From a virus (Duplodnaviria; Caudoviricetes): a stretch of 41,966 nt of DNA. The number at the start of each line of letters is the position of its first letter. Positions within the stretch are counted from its first letter, which is position 1. The notes under the pieces were generated by a model, which saw nothing but the letters and a program-made list of their open reading frames with translations, was not told where the DNA came from and ran no database searches. Shown here piece after piece: positions 19,262-28,335 of this stretch. Made by a program: the position numbers and the translations under genes. The stretch lies in the IMG/VR virus record IMGVR_UViG_3300037461_000435, positions 1 to 41,966 of that record; one strand, 5' to 3'.

Positions 19262-21213
19262 AAAAAAGACAGGTAGGATATAATAGGCTGGCCGACGAAG
19301 ATGATTTCAATCTGCTCGCGGATTACCAGGAAGACAATGTGCAATTGTTTGCGCAGGACTGCGGCTTCGCCGGGTGTTATTTATCGGGCGGCGCGGTCAC
19401 CCCACACAGCCCGGTGAGCTGGAAGGTGATCCTGGGCATATCGGCCGCAAGGGATGACAACGGGGACCGCATCAAGATAGCCTCGCCAGAGACCATTGAC
19501 ATGGAACCATCCGGGGATCCGGGCGTGGGGAATGAGGTATATATGTCGGCATTCCTGTCATATACCGCCACGGAAACCGTGCCCGACGTGGATGGTCACG
19601 GCGTGGCGTACTACAAGGACTACGATGACGGGTACGCGATCACGGTCGTCGAGGGGACGGCGGCATCAAGCGGTGCGGCGACACCTCCATCGATCCCGGC
19701 CGGCAAGCTCTGCATCTGCGACGTGCTGGTGACGCACGCGGTGTATGTGCGCGGGAACATCCAGACGGCGGACATCTCGATCAGCAGGCAGGTGGAGTTC
19801 ACCTGGCCATCGTCGCTGTCATCGATAACGGTGGACGGCGACATCACCTGCACGGATGACATCAGCTATGATGGCACGCTGACGGGGACAGCCACGACGG
19901 GCACGAGCATCGACGTGGGAGGGGATGTTCTTGTCGGAGGGGATCTCGACGTAGATGGCGCTGCGGACTTTGCTGGCGATGTTGAGTTCGCGGGCACGCT
20001 GACGGGCTCAGCGACTACCGGAACGAGCATCGATGTCGGCGGAGATGTTCACGCAGACGGAAGCATCGAGACGGACAGCCAGCTAATATCTAATATTATT
20101 ACGGGAACGAAGCCGATTGACGTTGACTCAACCACGGTGTGCACGAACCTCAATGCTGACAAGGTGGACGGGTGCGACGTTCAATCTGCTTTGACCGACT
20201 CATCGGCACACGTCCCTCGATCGGATACCGTCTATGATAAGCTCCTCGCCAAGCAGGCTCTCAACTACATCATGAACGGCGACATGTCAAATTGGCAACG
20301 TGGAACGAGTCTGTCTGCCAATGGATACATAGCAGATAGGTTCAAAATTATTGGTGTCGGATCAACTGTTGTTCAGTCTCGTCAAGCTGTCACAATAGGC
20401 GACATTCCAGAGCCGAGTCCAAAATATTGTCACAGAACGGTTGTGACAAGCGCGGCGGGTGCGGGGAATTATTCTATTCTTAACCAGTACATCGAATCTG
20501 TATATTCATTGGCGGGTAAGACAGTAACCTTATCATTTTATGCAAAAGCGGATGCAGCAAAACCAATCTCTATTGAATTTTACCAACATTTTGGTTCGGG
20601 CGGTACTCCTTCTGCTGGTGTATCCGCTATTGGTGTAAAAAAAATCACACTATCTACATCATTGGTAAAATACACGGTCACAGCAAGTATCCCTGCCATA
20701 ACTGGCAAGACATTAGGGACGAATGGAGATGATGCAGTTATTATACATTTTTGGTTTGACGCAGGAAGCGATTTTAATGCACGTACCGATACTCTCGGTC
20801 AGCAATCAGGGACATTCGACATTACAAGAGTCATGCTCAACGAGGGCGAGACCGCGCATGAGTTCGTCCCGTTTGGCGGGACGTATGTGAGCGATTATGA
20901 GGCGTGTTTGCGGTATTGTTATGCTACAAAAGCTCAATATTATACAATAAGGATGACTGCATATACGGCAAACGATATGTATTTTGCAGCTAATTTCGTT
21001 AAACCAATGCGAGTCCAGCCTTGGATGCCACTAACGACTGAGGTTACATATTTTCAGGTACTAACAATAGCTACAGTCGCTCAAACTGGATTTACTATCG
21101 GCTTGAGTGGTACGGGTGGAGACAATCCGTTATTGACTCTTCACAAAATAGGACACGGATTAACCGATGGATATTTAGAATTGCGTAATATGGTTTTCGA
21201 CGCCGAACTATAA
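19258..21213 (+). CDS. Tail fibre / receptor-binding protein
   Basis: ATGA overlap with the upstream gene; NLNADKVDG fibre motif; NYIMNGDMSNWQRGTS...ADRF domain; ends FDAEL. Confidence 0.82.
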   Translation: MKKRQVGYNRLADEDDFNLLADYQEDNVQLFAQDCGFAGCYLSGGAVTPHSPVSWKVILGISAARDDNGDRIKIASPETIDMEPSGDPGVGNEVYMSAFLSYTATETVPDVDGHGVAYYKDYDDGYAITVVEGTAASSGAATPPSIPAGKLCICDVLVTHAVYVRGNIQTADISISRQVEFTWPSSLSSITVDGDITCTDDISYDGTLTGTATTGTSIDVGGDVLVGGDLDVDGAADFAGDVEFAGTLTGSATTGTSIDVGGDVHADGSIETDSQLISNIITGTKPIDVDSTTVCTNLNADKVDGCDVQSALTDSSAHVPRSDTVYDKLLAKQALNYIMNGDMSNWQRGTSLSANGYIADRFKIIGVGSTVVQSRQAVTIGDIPEPSPKYCHRTVVTSAAGAGNYSILNQYIESVYSLAGKTVTLSFYAKADAAKPISIEFYQHFGSGGTPSAGVSAIGVKKITLSTSLVKYTVTASIPAITGKTLGTNGDDAVIIHFWFDAGSDFNARTDTLGQQSGTFDITRVMLNEGETAHEFVPFGGTYVSDYEACLRYCYATKAQYYTIRMTAYTANDMYFAANFVKPMRVQPWMPLTTEVTYFQVLTIATVAQTGFTIGLSGTGGDNPLLTLHKIGHGLTDGYLELRNMVFDAEL

Positions 21214-21227
21214 CGAGGAGAAAATAA

Positions 21228-21602
21228 ATGTTTAACACAAAATTATACATCCGTATCAACGAGAACAAAGAGATCATCCACGCCTTTACCACGGACTTCG
21301 AGCAACCACAGGACGGCGATATCCTCTACATGGAGAACTGCGCGAGGCATGTAGGTGAGAGCGCACCGGAGCTTGCCAACCTCACCGACATGATGACGAT
21401 GGAGCGGCGGCTATCGTGGGACGCGAAGGCAAAGAAAATCATCGTCCGCACCGAAGCCGAGATGAAGGCGAGCGCGGGCTATATCGCGAGGAGGGACGCG
21501 GCCGAGGCGGAGCGGCTGATTGCTGAGAAGATACGGGCGCAGGCGGTGGCCGAGCTGGTGGCGGAAGGAAAATTGACGGCTGATGGGAAGCTGAAAAAAT
21601 AA
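21228..21602 (+). CDS. Putative tail fibre assembly/accessory protein
   Basis: Directly after the fibre gene, GAGGAG RBS; function inferred from position only. Confidence 0.55.
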   Translation: MFNTKLYIRINENKEIIHAFTTDFEQPQDGDILYMENCARHVGESAPELANLTDMMTMERRLSWDAKAKKIIVRTEAEMKASAGYIARRDAAEAERLIAEKIRAQAVAELVAEGKLTADGKLKK

Positions 21603-21625
21603 CGTGTCCGAGGAAGGAAAATGGA

Positions 21626-21961
21626 ATGCCTAATCAATCGCCTCAAATGGATCATAGCGCTGAATTATTTGTCCGGCTCATTGGTGTTGTTGTTATGGTG
21701 GTTAATGCGCTCATGATGATGGCCGGCGCGGCGATCTGGAGGTCCTTCCGATCGTTCAAGGAGGACCAGAAAAAGAGCCTGCGCGACTTTGTGGAGCTCC
21801 ACATCCGCGAGCATGAGCGCATTGGCGATGAGCTGACTACCTTATTCGACCGCGAGCGCGAGGATCGGGACATCCTCAAGGCCACGGAGAAGGGGCTGGT
21901 CGATCATATCGCACATTGCAAGGACACCAGGGACACCTGCCCGGGGAGACATGGACGGTGA
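21626..21961 (+). CDS. Single-TM membrane protein, holin/antiholin candidate
   Basis: Hydrophobic LIGVVVMVVNALMMMAGAAIW followed by a charged helix; first gene of the lysis block. Confidence 0.55.
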   Translation: MPNQSPQMDHSAELFVRLIGVVVMVVNALMMMAGAAIWRSFRSFKEDQKKSLRDFVELHIREHERIGDELTTLFDREREDRDILKATEKGLVDHIAHCKDTRDTCPGRHGR

Positions 21962-22121
21962 GCACCTCACATGGATGGAGGTGTACCTGCGCATCCGGCG
22001 GGAATTTTGCGGACGCTGTGAGGCTGACTGTACGGCATACCGAAAGGCGTTTTGCATCGAGCAATTTTTGTGGATTACCGAGATGTGGGAGGTGAGCAAT
22101 GACCCTGAACGTGACGTGTGA
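21951..22121 (+). CDS. Small Cys-rich hypothetical protein (56 aa, not in ORF track)
   Basis: GGGGAG RBS; MDGEHLTWMEVYLRIRREFCGRCEADCTAYRKAFC...; fills the gap between neighbours. Confidence 0.5.
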   Translation: MDGEHLTWMEVYLRIRREFCGRCEADCTAYRKAFCIEQFLWITEMWEVSNDPERDV

Positions 22122-22557
22122 GATCCGGCGGAATGTCAAGGTGGATACCTATATGGCCGTCGAGGGCGAGAATCTGCTGGTGCTGGTGGACGGACGCGGA
22201 AACGAGATCGACCGCAATCTCAGCAAGGTGCTCTGGTGCGGCAGCGGATCGCCATATCCGACGCCGCCCGGTGGTCCCTGGTCCACAAAGTATGTCGCCA
22301 GCCATGCGCGATTCGGGCGCTGCTTCCAGGTCAACAGCGACAGGGAGAGCGAGATTTTCATCCACCATGCCGCAAAGAAAAGCTATGGGTGCTTCATCAT
22401 CAACCCGACGACGGCGGGCGGTCTGTTCATGGAGCGCTTGATCGACAATAAGGACGGCCTCATGGTGGTACAGCACCAGGTAGTCGACAATCGATCGGCG
22501 GCCGAGCAAACGGCCAATCCGATTGATTACAGCAAGATGAAAAACTATATCGCATAG
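22099..22557 (+). CDS. Putative endolysin with L,D-transpeptidase-like His/Cys motif (DUF5675-like)
   Basis: IFIHHAAKKSYGCFII motif; located in the lysis block; no other lysin found. Confidence 0.55.
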   Translation: MTLNVTCEIRRNVKVDTYMAVEGENLLVLVDGRGNEIDRNLSKVLWCGSGSPYPTPPGGPWSTKYVASHARFGRCFQVNSDRESEIFIHHAAKKSYGCFIINPTTAGGLFMERLIDNKDGLMVVQHQVVDNRSAAEQTANPIDYSKMKNYIA

Positions 22558-22566
22558 GGGGGAGAC

Positions 22567-22815
22567 ATGGCACTCATCAAGACGCTCTGGGAGGGACTGG
22601 GGACCACGCCGCAGAAGCGGGTGCGCAACCTGATATGGATCATCACGGCGGCCACGGGATCCATCATCCTGACGCTCAACCTCAGGTTTGGCTACAACGT
22701 ACAGATCCAGCAGCCGGCGCCCTGCAAATGTCCGGGGTGGTGGATCCAATGGGGCCCCGCGGCGGATATCAACATCGATATCAAGCGCGAGACGGTTACG
22801 GGAGGCGCGAAATGA
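22567..22815 (+). CDS. Membrane protein, holin or i-spanin candidate
   Basis: One TM segment (LIWIITAATGSIILTL), GGAG RBS, ATGA coupling to the next gene. Confidence 0.5.
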   Translation: MALIKTLWEGLGTTPQKRVRNLIWIITAATGSIILTLNLRFGYNVQIQQPAPCKCPGWWIQWGPAADINIDIKRETVTGGAK

Positions 22816-23144
22816 TACTGCCAACCGGACTGATCAAGGTGCTCGGATACATCGTTGGAGCCGCGCTCATCATCGCGGTGGTGCTGACGGCCATCCATCT
22901 ACTGCCGGGGTGCATGAGCGCGCCGAAGCGCGACGCCTACTCCTGCGATGAGTGCTACACGGCCATGGACTGCCTCTACCGGATCAAGGACGACAAGGAT
23001 AAGGCCGCGTGCTCCCAGCTTGTCGAGGCGTGCCGGGACTCGCTGGAAGAGACGCGGGTGCGCGCCCGGCTGGAGTACTGCGCGAAGGGGCGCCCGGAAC
23101 GGATGACGGAGGCCGAGTGCCGGCTCCTTCTCAATCAGAAGTAA
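22812..23144 (+). CDS. Cys-rich lipoprotein, o-spanin candidate
   Basis: Hydrophobic leader ending in lipobox-like LLPG-C; ATG 22812 with GGAGG RBS. Confidence 0.55.
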   Translation: MILPTGLIKVLGYIVGAALIIAVVLTAIHLLPGCMSAPKRDAYSCDECYTAMDCLYRIKDDKDKAACSQLVEACRDSLEETRVRARLEYCAKGRPERMTEAECRLLLNQK

Positions 23145-23176
23145 GTTCTTCATACGATCCTCCAATATACTCACCC

Positions 23177-23211
23177 ATGGCCCGGCCCTCCTATGCCGGG
23201 CATCTTTTTTT
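23177..23211 (+). terminator. Intrinsic terminator ending the late operon
   Basis: GCCCGGC/GCCGGGC stem followed by T7, at the convergence with a minus-strand gene. Confidence 0.75.
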
Positions 23212-23776
23212 AAAATCTCACGCCGGCCGACAGCATGGGCATCCAGGTGAGCTCATAGCCATCGGTGACAATCTTGCTCCAGGTCTGATCATATTGGAGA
23301 TAGACCGCCTTGATCGTGAGTTGGATGATGGCGGGGCCCCAGGTGACGGCCGCGCCCATCGAGACGATCAGCGGGAAATAGATATCGTCGCCGTGTCGGT
23401 CGGACGTGTCCAGGATGCGCAGCCCGATCCGGTGGTCCCCGCCGTCCAGGAAGTAGAGCCCGCCATGCAGGCCCGCGAACACCTTGAACATGTCCCAGTG
23501 CAGATAATAGGTGGCCCCGTATTCCCACACAGTCTCGTTGGTGAGCGGGAAGAAGAGCACCGAGAACGAGGGCAGGGACAGGTTCGGGCTGATGAGGAAA
23601 TCCTCAAGGACCAGGCCGAAACGGGCCCGCACAAAATTGTCATAGGCGTTGGGATTGGTCCATTCCGGGTCGTCATAATTGGTGTCAAGCTGGACGGCCG
23701 GCGCCAGGATAAAGGTGTCCGCAGCCATGACGCTATACGGCACAATGAGCATGAGCAACAAGGCGATGATCTTCAT
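23210..23776 (-). CDS. Secreted outer-membrane beta-barrel-like protein (moron)
   Basis: Signal peptide MKIIALLLMLIVPYSVMA; amphipathic beta strands; C-terminal LSAGVRF beta-signal. Confidence 0.7.
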   Translation of the reverse strand: MKIIALLLMLIVPYSVMAADTFILAPAVQLDTNYDDPEWTNPNAYDNFVRARFGLVLEDFLISPNLSLPSFSVLFFPLTNETVWEYGATYYLHWDMFKVFAGLHGGLYFLDGGDHRIGLRILDTSDRHGDDIYFPLIVSMGAAVTWGPAIIQLTIKAVYLQYDQTWSKIVTDGYELTWMPMLSAGVRF

Positions 23777-23833
23777 GATGAGCCTCCAGATATTGATATT
23801 ATGATATATATTTCATAATGCTATGTCAATATT

Positions 23834-25444
23834 TTATCCCGCCATCCAGAGGCGCCAGGCAAGTGATTTTTGGTTGATAGATGTTCGAAGTTTGTGCAAT
23901 TCGGCGCGCCTACCTGTACGACTTCGAACTTTGTCCTTGAACCGGATTAACGCCGGATCAAGGACAAAGGCGAAGGGCTTTCTCCATTCAATCGTAGCGG
24001 CTTCCCCATCAATCTTGACGCAATCGATAAGCGGATGGAGCATGTCACCCTTCTGGGCCTCTGAAGCATTCCGGTAAATGAGCGGGAACTGCTTTGCCAT
24101 CTCGATCACACTATCAACCTTGACAATGAAGTCATGATGGTCGATGCGCAGGGCGGCCCGCTGTTCTGTCAGCCGGGCGATTTCCTGGCGGAACTTGGAC
24201 AGGGTGCGGTTCACCGCATCGAGGTCCATGCCGTCAACCGAATAGAGCGCCAGGATCTTGTCCTGCTGGACCTCGAGATCTGAGATTTTGCGGCTGAGGG
24301 CCGCGAGCTCGGATTGCTCCGCCTTCCTGGTTTTCACGGACTGCCGGAAAAGGTCTTTCAGGAGGGCGGCGAAATCGTCCCCGAACGCGACCTGGCTGAT
24401 TGCCTCATCGATTGCGGGCCCTATAACGGCCGCCGGTAAATATAATCTTCGCTCAGAACACGCATGCATATAATATTGATATTTGCCCTTTTTAAGTTCG
24501 CCGGTGAGCATCTTGCCGCAGGCCGAACAGCGCAGGATCCGCGAGAAAGGAAAATCATGATAGTGACGGTTCATCCCCGGGACGGGGCGCAGCCACATGG
24601 GGCCGCGCCCCATGCGCCGCATGCGTTCGTCATAACGCTCCTTTGGATAATATGGCTCATGGGCGCCCGGCCATATCTTGCCCTGAAAAATAAACTCCCC
24701 GTGATAGAACGGATTGGTGAGCGTATACGCCACGCTTGACACGTCCCATTTCTTACCCCTGGCGGTTCGATATCCTTTCTCATTCAACAGCGCGGCGAAC
24801 GAGCGCAGGGAATACCCGCCCTCATCGAACTCATCAAAGAAAAACCGGATGAAGTTTTCCCGTTCCCGGTCGATCACGTGGGCGCGCTTGTCCTTGTCGT
24901 ATCGATATCCTATTGGGGATCCCAGCGGCGCCACACCGCGGCCGGCCTTGAATCTCTGGTTTTCCATGGTGTCATGGGACAGCTTGTCGGACAACTGACG
25001 GGCCGCGGCGATCTCAACCGCCAGGATGAACTTGTCGGCATAGGTGCTTTTCTTGTTGAGGACCCGGTGCGTCTGGTAGAAGTGAATATTGAACCCGTGC
25101 TTTTCCACCAGTTCCTCGATCCTGAGGAGGTCCCCGTAGTTCCGGCTCATGCGGTCCGTGTTTTTGAATATCAGGTCCTTCACGCCATACTGCAGGGCCA
25201 GGTCGATCATCCGGTTGAACGTCTTCCTGATGGTGGTGCCGCGGGCGGATTCGATTACGGTGAAGTAATGGACCACACCCAGGCCGGCGCGTTCGGAGTA
25301 TTGGGCCGCATGGCTCTCCTGGTAATCGAGGCTCAACCCATCGGCCTGCTGCTTGTCGCTGATTCGGTCATAGGCGAAGGCACTTATCATGCCTGATTCA
25401 TGTGCCTGTGCGATCTTGTTGGTGATGTTCTTGACATTTATCAT
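23834..25444 (-). CDS. Large serine recombinase (integrase)
   Basis: AYDRIS catalytic Ser, DRMSRN, PIGY, LTNPFYHG recombinase domain, CSACG zinc ribbon, coiled coil. The true start may be 25390. Confidence 0.95.
   Translation of the reverse strand: MINVKNITNKIAQAHESGMISAFAYDRISDKQQADGLSLDYQESHAAQYSERAGLGVVHYFTVIESARGTTIRKTFNRMIDLALQYGVKDLIFKNTDRMSRNYGDLLRIEELVEKHGFNIHFYQTHRVLNKKSTYADKFILAVEIAAARQLSDKLSHDTMENQRFKAGRGVAPLGSPIGYRYDKDKRAHVIDRERENFIRFFFDEFDEGGYSLRSFAALLNEKGYRTARGKKWDVSSVAYTLTNPFYHGEFIFQGKIWPGAHEPYYPKERYDERMRRMGRGPMWLRPVPGMNRHYHDFPFSRILRCSACGKMLTGELKKGKYQYYMHACSERRLYLPAAVIGPAIDEAISQVAFGDDFAALLKDLFRQSVKTRKAEQSELAALSRKISDLEVQQDKILALYSVDGMDLDAVNRTLSKFRQEIARLTEQRAALRIDHHDFIVKVDSVIEMAKQFPLIYRNASEAQKGDMLHPLIDCVKIDGEAATIEWRKPFAFVLDPALIRFKDKVRSRTGRRAELHKLRTSINQKSLAWRLWMAG
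23883..23929. other. Candidate attP within the integrase 3' end
   Basis: GTTCGAAGT ... ACTTCGAAC inverted arms around a central GGCGCGCC palindrome; 47 bp. Confidence 0.55.
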
Positions 25445-25459
25445 TAGTTATATATAATC

Positions 25460-25873
25460 ATGGTAATTGATGGATGTCAAATTATTTATCTGGTGGGATA
25501 TGCCATGTTTTTGATTGATGGATTTATGGAGATAATATCTTTAATCAGGAAAAATATAGGTAAATCGAAAACCACTCTACAATCAATCCAACATGGTCCG
25601 GATGATTATATTATATGGTATGTTGATAAAAAAGGCGAGAAAAGCAAACGGTTGATAACCATTAAAAAGATAAAATATATTTATGATGAATCCGATTTGT
25701 TGATTCTTGCATATTGCCATCAGAAACACGATAAGCGTACTTTTATCGCATCACGTATAGTATTGCTTACCGAGGCGAAAACGGATATCCCACATGATAA
25801 TGGATTGGCTTTCCTTCGAAAAAAATATGAATTTGATATTTTGGATGAAGAGGATGATTTCGACAATGAGTGA
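25460..25873 (+). CDS. Stand-alone WYL-like domain protein
   Basis: YVDKKGEKSKRLI...AYCHQKHDKRTFIASRI matches the WYL pattern; AT-rich; start uncertain. Confidence 0.7.
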   Translation: MVIDGCQIIYLVGYAMFLIDGFMEIISLIRKNIGKSKTTLQSIQHGPDDYIIWYVDKKGEKSKRLITIKKIKYIYDESDLLILAYCHQKHDKRTFIASRIVLLTEAKTDIPHDNGLAFLRKKYEFDILDEEDDFDNE

Positions 25874-26107
25874 TATGAAGTTATATTATTCTAAAACAAC
25901 ATATTGATCGATACATCATTAAATATTTTTGAATATTAAGCAAAATTAATTTGCCGGTTTACTATACTAATGTTACCTTAATATTTATCGGTCCCCGCCA
26001 GGAATTATCTTCTTATCAATCCTGCCGCCAATCGGGTAGTTTAATTAAGGATAAAATCAATGATAATATCCGACGAGGAAAGAAAATTAAAAGAGCAAAT
26101 ATTATTT

Positions 26108-26467
26108 TTACTGAAGATCTGGGCTAATCGATCTCCCAAGGGCCAATTGGATCGCATCCCGACAAATGCGATGAATAATAATTCGATCGGCCTCGGAAAT
26201 ATCCATATTCAAGACCCGTAATATTTCATCATCCATATCACTCATGTATGGTGGACGGATAGATTCAAAACTATCATTTTCATCAATAAAAAATTGCCAA
26301 AGGGGTATTTTGAAATAATTACAAATATCATGTATGAAATCCAAGGGAGGATATTCCGCATTAATCCATCTGCTTATATTGGATTCAGATGTGTGACAAA
26401 TATCAACAAGATCTTTTTGTTTAAGATCGTGCTTTTTAAGCAAAGCATGTAATTTGGATCCAAACAT
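26108..26467 (-). CDS. CI-like XRE-family HTH repressor
   Basis: LKKHDLKQKDLVDICHTSESNISRWIN...ICNYFKIPLWQFF; divergent from the early operon; no S24 domain. Confidence 0.85.
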   Translation of the reverse strand: MFGSKLHALLKKHDLKQKDLVDICHTSESNISRWINAEYPPLDFIHDICNYFKIPLWQFFIDENDSFESIRPPYMSDMDDEILRVLNMDISEADRIIIHRICRDAIQLALGRSISPDLQ

Positions 26468-26522
26468 TCTCTTGCCCGTACTTACAATAAATATCAATTT
26501 TAAGATAAAACAATAAAAAAAA

Positions 26523-26567
26523 TTCCAATTATGGGAATATTTTACTTGACTAATCCCATAATTGGTA
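26523..26567. promoter_or_regulatory. Immunity operators flanking a TTGACT -35-like hexamer
   Basis: CCAATTATGGGA (26525-26536) is the exact reverse complement of TCCCATAATTGG (26554-26565); TTGACT at 26546-26551; AT-rich divergent intergenic region. Confidence 0.7.
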
Positions 26568-26614
26568 ATAATGGTATTGATATGTTACATAATACGCATA
26601 ATGGAATATCTTGC

Positions 26615-26779
26615 ATGGTTAAATCACCGGATAACAAAGTGCCGTTTCGGGGCGAACTCTATTCTGAGGACCAAACCGAATTTAATAAAATCAGGAGATC
26701 CAAGGACCTCAAAGTGGCCCAGTTGTTTCATGAAATGCTCATAGCATACAAGGATAAATACAACATTAATATAAAATGA
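26615..26779 (+). CDS. Small Cro-position DNA-binding protein (possibly ribbon-helix-helix)
   Basis: First gene divergent from the repressor; beta-alpha-alpha-like pattern. Confidence 0.5.
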   Translation: MVKSPDNKVPFRGELYSEDQTEFNKIRRSKDLKVAQLFHEMLIAYKDKYNINIK

Positions 26780-27006
26780 TCAATCCTGATTCTGACATAG
26801 CCATGCATGTGCGCGGTATTATGGATTTTCACGCGGCGGTTTCCAAGGTGCGTGATCAGTTGATCGCCGAAGGAATACTGGAAATGAGGAATGGTATATT
26901 GTCGGCAACCGCAAAGGGGATGGCAAGGCAAGATAAGCACAGAAGAAACGCTGAGGCCTATCGGTTTAGGCCAAAGAGGGTACATGAACAAACAAGAAAT
27001 TATTGA
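26776..27006 (+). CDS. Hypothetical protein (possible winged-helix)
   Basis: ATGA coupling to the upstream gene; LIAEGILEMRNGILSATAKG. Confidence 0.5.
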   Translation: MINPDSDIAMHVRGIMDFHAAVSKVRDQLIAEGILEMRNGILSATAKGMARQDKHRRNAEAYRFRPKRVHEQTRNY

Positions 27007-27433
27007 GAACATCAAGCAACTTGAGGCGGCAGATTGGATGATGATCATTGCCGATCTATCCGCCCAAAAAGAAGAACTGGAGCTCAGGATTGAATCCAAT
27101 CGCCACAAGGTTGAATATTATGAAGACATCATTGACCTCGAAGACCTGATTGAAATGTCCGCAGTGGCAAAAATATTAAATTTTAACGGCATGGGCCGCA
27201 ATAAGCTGTTTCGATATCTCAGAGAAAAATGCCTTTTGCGGTTCAACAATGAGCCCTATCAGCGATATGTCGACATGGGGCTTTTCGAGATCAAACCAGA
27301 AAAGTTTGAAAATCCCACAAACGGCGAGACCATGGTTTACAACAAGACTCACGCGACCCAAAAGGGTATCGATTATATCAGGCGTATGCTCATCGAGGAT
27401 GGCTATGAACGTCACGAAAACTCCGAAAGATAG
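26984..27433 (+). CDS. Phage antirepressor, KilAC domain
   Basis: KVEYYE, AVAKIL, GRNKLFRYLRE, PYQRYVDMGLF, TQKG motifs. Confidence 0.9.
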   Translation: MNKQEIIENIKQLEAADWMMIIADLSAQKEELELRIESNRHKVEYYEDIIDLEDLIEMSAVAKILNFNGMGRNKLFRYLREKCLLRFNNEPYQRYVDMGLFEIKPEKFENPTNGETMVYNKTHATQKGIDYIRRMLIEDGYERHENSER

Positions 27434-28160
27434 AATCGTCGAGCTGCATAATGGGATCATGCAGGCCGCCAGGCGCAGCGTGGCCGATGCCATACAGATT
27501 GGCCAAATTATTGCTGATCAAAAAGAAACAATGCCTCACGGCGAATTTTTGCCATGGCTCGAAGAATTGCCTTTTGCCGAGCGCACTGCTCGCAACTACA
27601 TGAAATTATTTGAGTATCGCAGCAAAACGGCAACAATTGCCGATTTGCAAGAGGCATACCACCAGATTGAGCAGATCGAATACGATGAAAAAAAGGAACG
27701 CGAACAGCGCGATTTGGATATTGTCGCAACCTATAAAAGTACAGGAGTAAAACCGCCAGAATGGGAACGCCGCCATGATTATCTCTATAAGAAAATGATG
27801 GATGATGATGAGTTTGAACTCCGAAAGCGTAACCATTTGGACCAAAAACGCCAACTGCGCGAGGAAGAAGAACGGGTACGACGTGATGCTTACCAACAGA
27901 TCCGCAAAGATGATTCCACTGATGATATTCTAAGTCAGGCCGCACATAAATTTATTACTGAGCAAAAGAAGCGTTCCGAATTCAAAACCAAAATCAAACT
28001 TTCATCCCTGGGGAAGACAGATCCATTCGTTGACGCTATCATGGACTATCTGGACGGTCTCCCCGATGATAATCGACGCATTGAAGCTTGTAATAATATC
28101 GTAAAGGTATGCCGCACCATCGCGGTGCAGCTCCATCAAAAACAGCACAAGAGCAAATAG
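27405..28160 (+). CDS. DUF3102-like domain protein
   Basis: AIQIGQII...KETMPHGEFLPWLE...ERTARNYMKL. Confidence 0.8.
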   Translation: MNVTKTPKDRIVELHNGIMQAARRSVADAIQIGQIIADQKETMPHGEFLPWLEELPFAERTARNYMKLFEYRSKTATIADLQEAYHQIEQIEYDEKKEREQRDLDIVATYKSTGVKPPEWERRHDYLYKKMMDDDEFELRKRNHLDQKRQLREEEERVRRDAYQQIRKDDSTDDILSQAAHKFITEQKKRSEFKTKIKLSSLGKTDPFVDAIMDYLDGLPDDNRRIEACNNIVKVCRTIAVQLHQKQHKSK

Positions 28161-28170
28161 GAGGCCCACC

Positions 28171-28335
28171 ATGACCATAGCAATCGTGACGAGCGAAGAG
28201 ATCCCCGGTAGGTTTTTTCAGGTGATGATGTACTCATCGCTGCGTGGCACCAGGTTCCGCTATGAACTGCCGGTCCAGGAGGCGGTGCTGTATCTCAGCA
28301 CCGGGATGTATGGGGCCCGGCATGCTGACGTTTGA
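28171..28335 (+). CDS. Hypothetical protein (54 aa, not in ORF track)
   Basis: GGAGG RBS; open frame from MTIAIVTSEE to TGA. Confidence 0.5.
   Translation: MTIAIVTSEEIPGRFFQVMMYSSLRGTRFRYELPVQEAVLYLSTGMYGARHADV

Noticed and set aside
19258-21602. Diversity-generating retroelement or invertible tail-fibre cassette
   Set aside because: No reverse transcriptase, no adenine-variant template/variable repeat pair, and no inverted alternative fibre ends were seen.
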